From NCBI GenBank assembly GCA_964613895.1, contig CAZTJP010000003.1, forward strand, positions 1 to 34,612: 34,612 bases of DNA, read 5' to 3'. The translations under genes were made by a program, and so were the position numbers. The stretch's first letter is position 1. Each line of letters begins with the position of its first letter. This document shows, one piece after another, positions 34,608-34,612 of the stretch. This DNA comes from an uncultured Thiotrichales bacterium. Lineage in GTDB: Bacteria; Pseudomonadota; Gammaproteobacteria; UWMA-0217. Under the pieces are notes generated by a model. The model did not search any database and had not been told where the DNA came from. It worked only from the letters and a program-made list of their open reading frames with translations.

Positions 34608-34612
34608 ACGCC
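34556..34612 (+). repeat. Palindromic MITE-like element, copy 6 (internal deletion; cut by window edge)
   Basis: CCAG then ACCGCATTTCTCACAGGGTCGCGTAGCGA joined to CGTCGAGCAGCCCGACCGAGTGAACG, both matching the other copies. Confidence 0.9.

Overview
Replication-origin region of a GC-rich gammaproteobacterial chromosome. Left arm (mostly - strand): rpmH-rnpA-[yidD slot]-yidC-mnmE, an oppositely oriented CDF metal transporter, mnmG-rsmG-parA-parB, the complete F1Fo operon atpIBEFHAGDC, glmU-glmS and a GNAT gene. Right arm: dnaA-oriC-dnaN-recF-gyrB, prlC-xthA, rpoH (with a perfect CIRCE), a Tim44-domain protein and a hydantoinase/oxoprolinase gene. Two perfect parS sites lie at recF/gyrB. The most unusual signal is a dispersed family of short palindromic elements (about 176 bp full length, ends CCCGGATTTCTC...GAGAAATCCGGG, flanked by C[T/C]A[A/G]). 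It occurs six times, all in one orientation, with no transposase in the window. Copies insert in-frame into a protein, supply C-termini or stop codons to recF, the hydantoinase and the GNAT gene, occupy the position of the missing yidD, and terminate both ends of the window. rnpA, and possibly mnmE, appear to use non-canonical start codons overlapping the upstream stop. All calls are by eye; no database searches were run.
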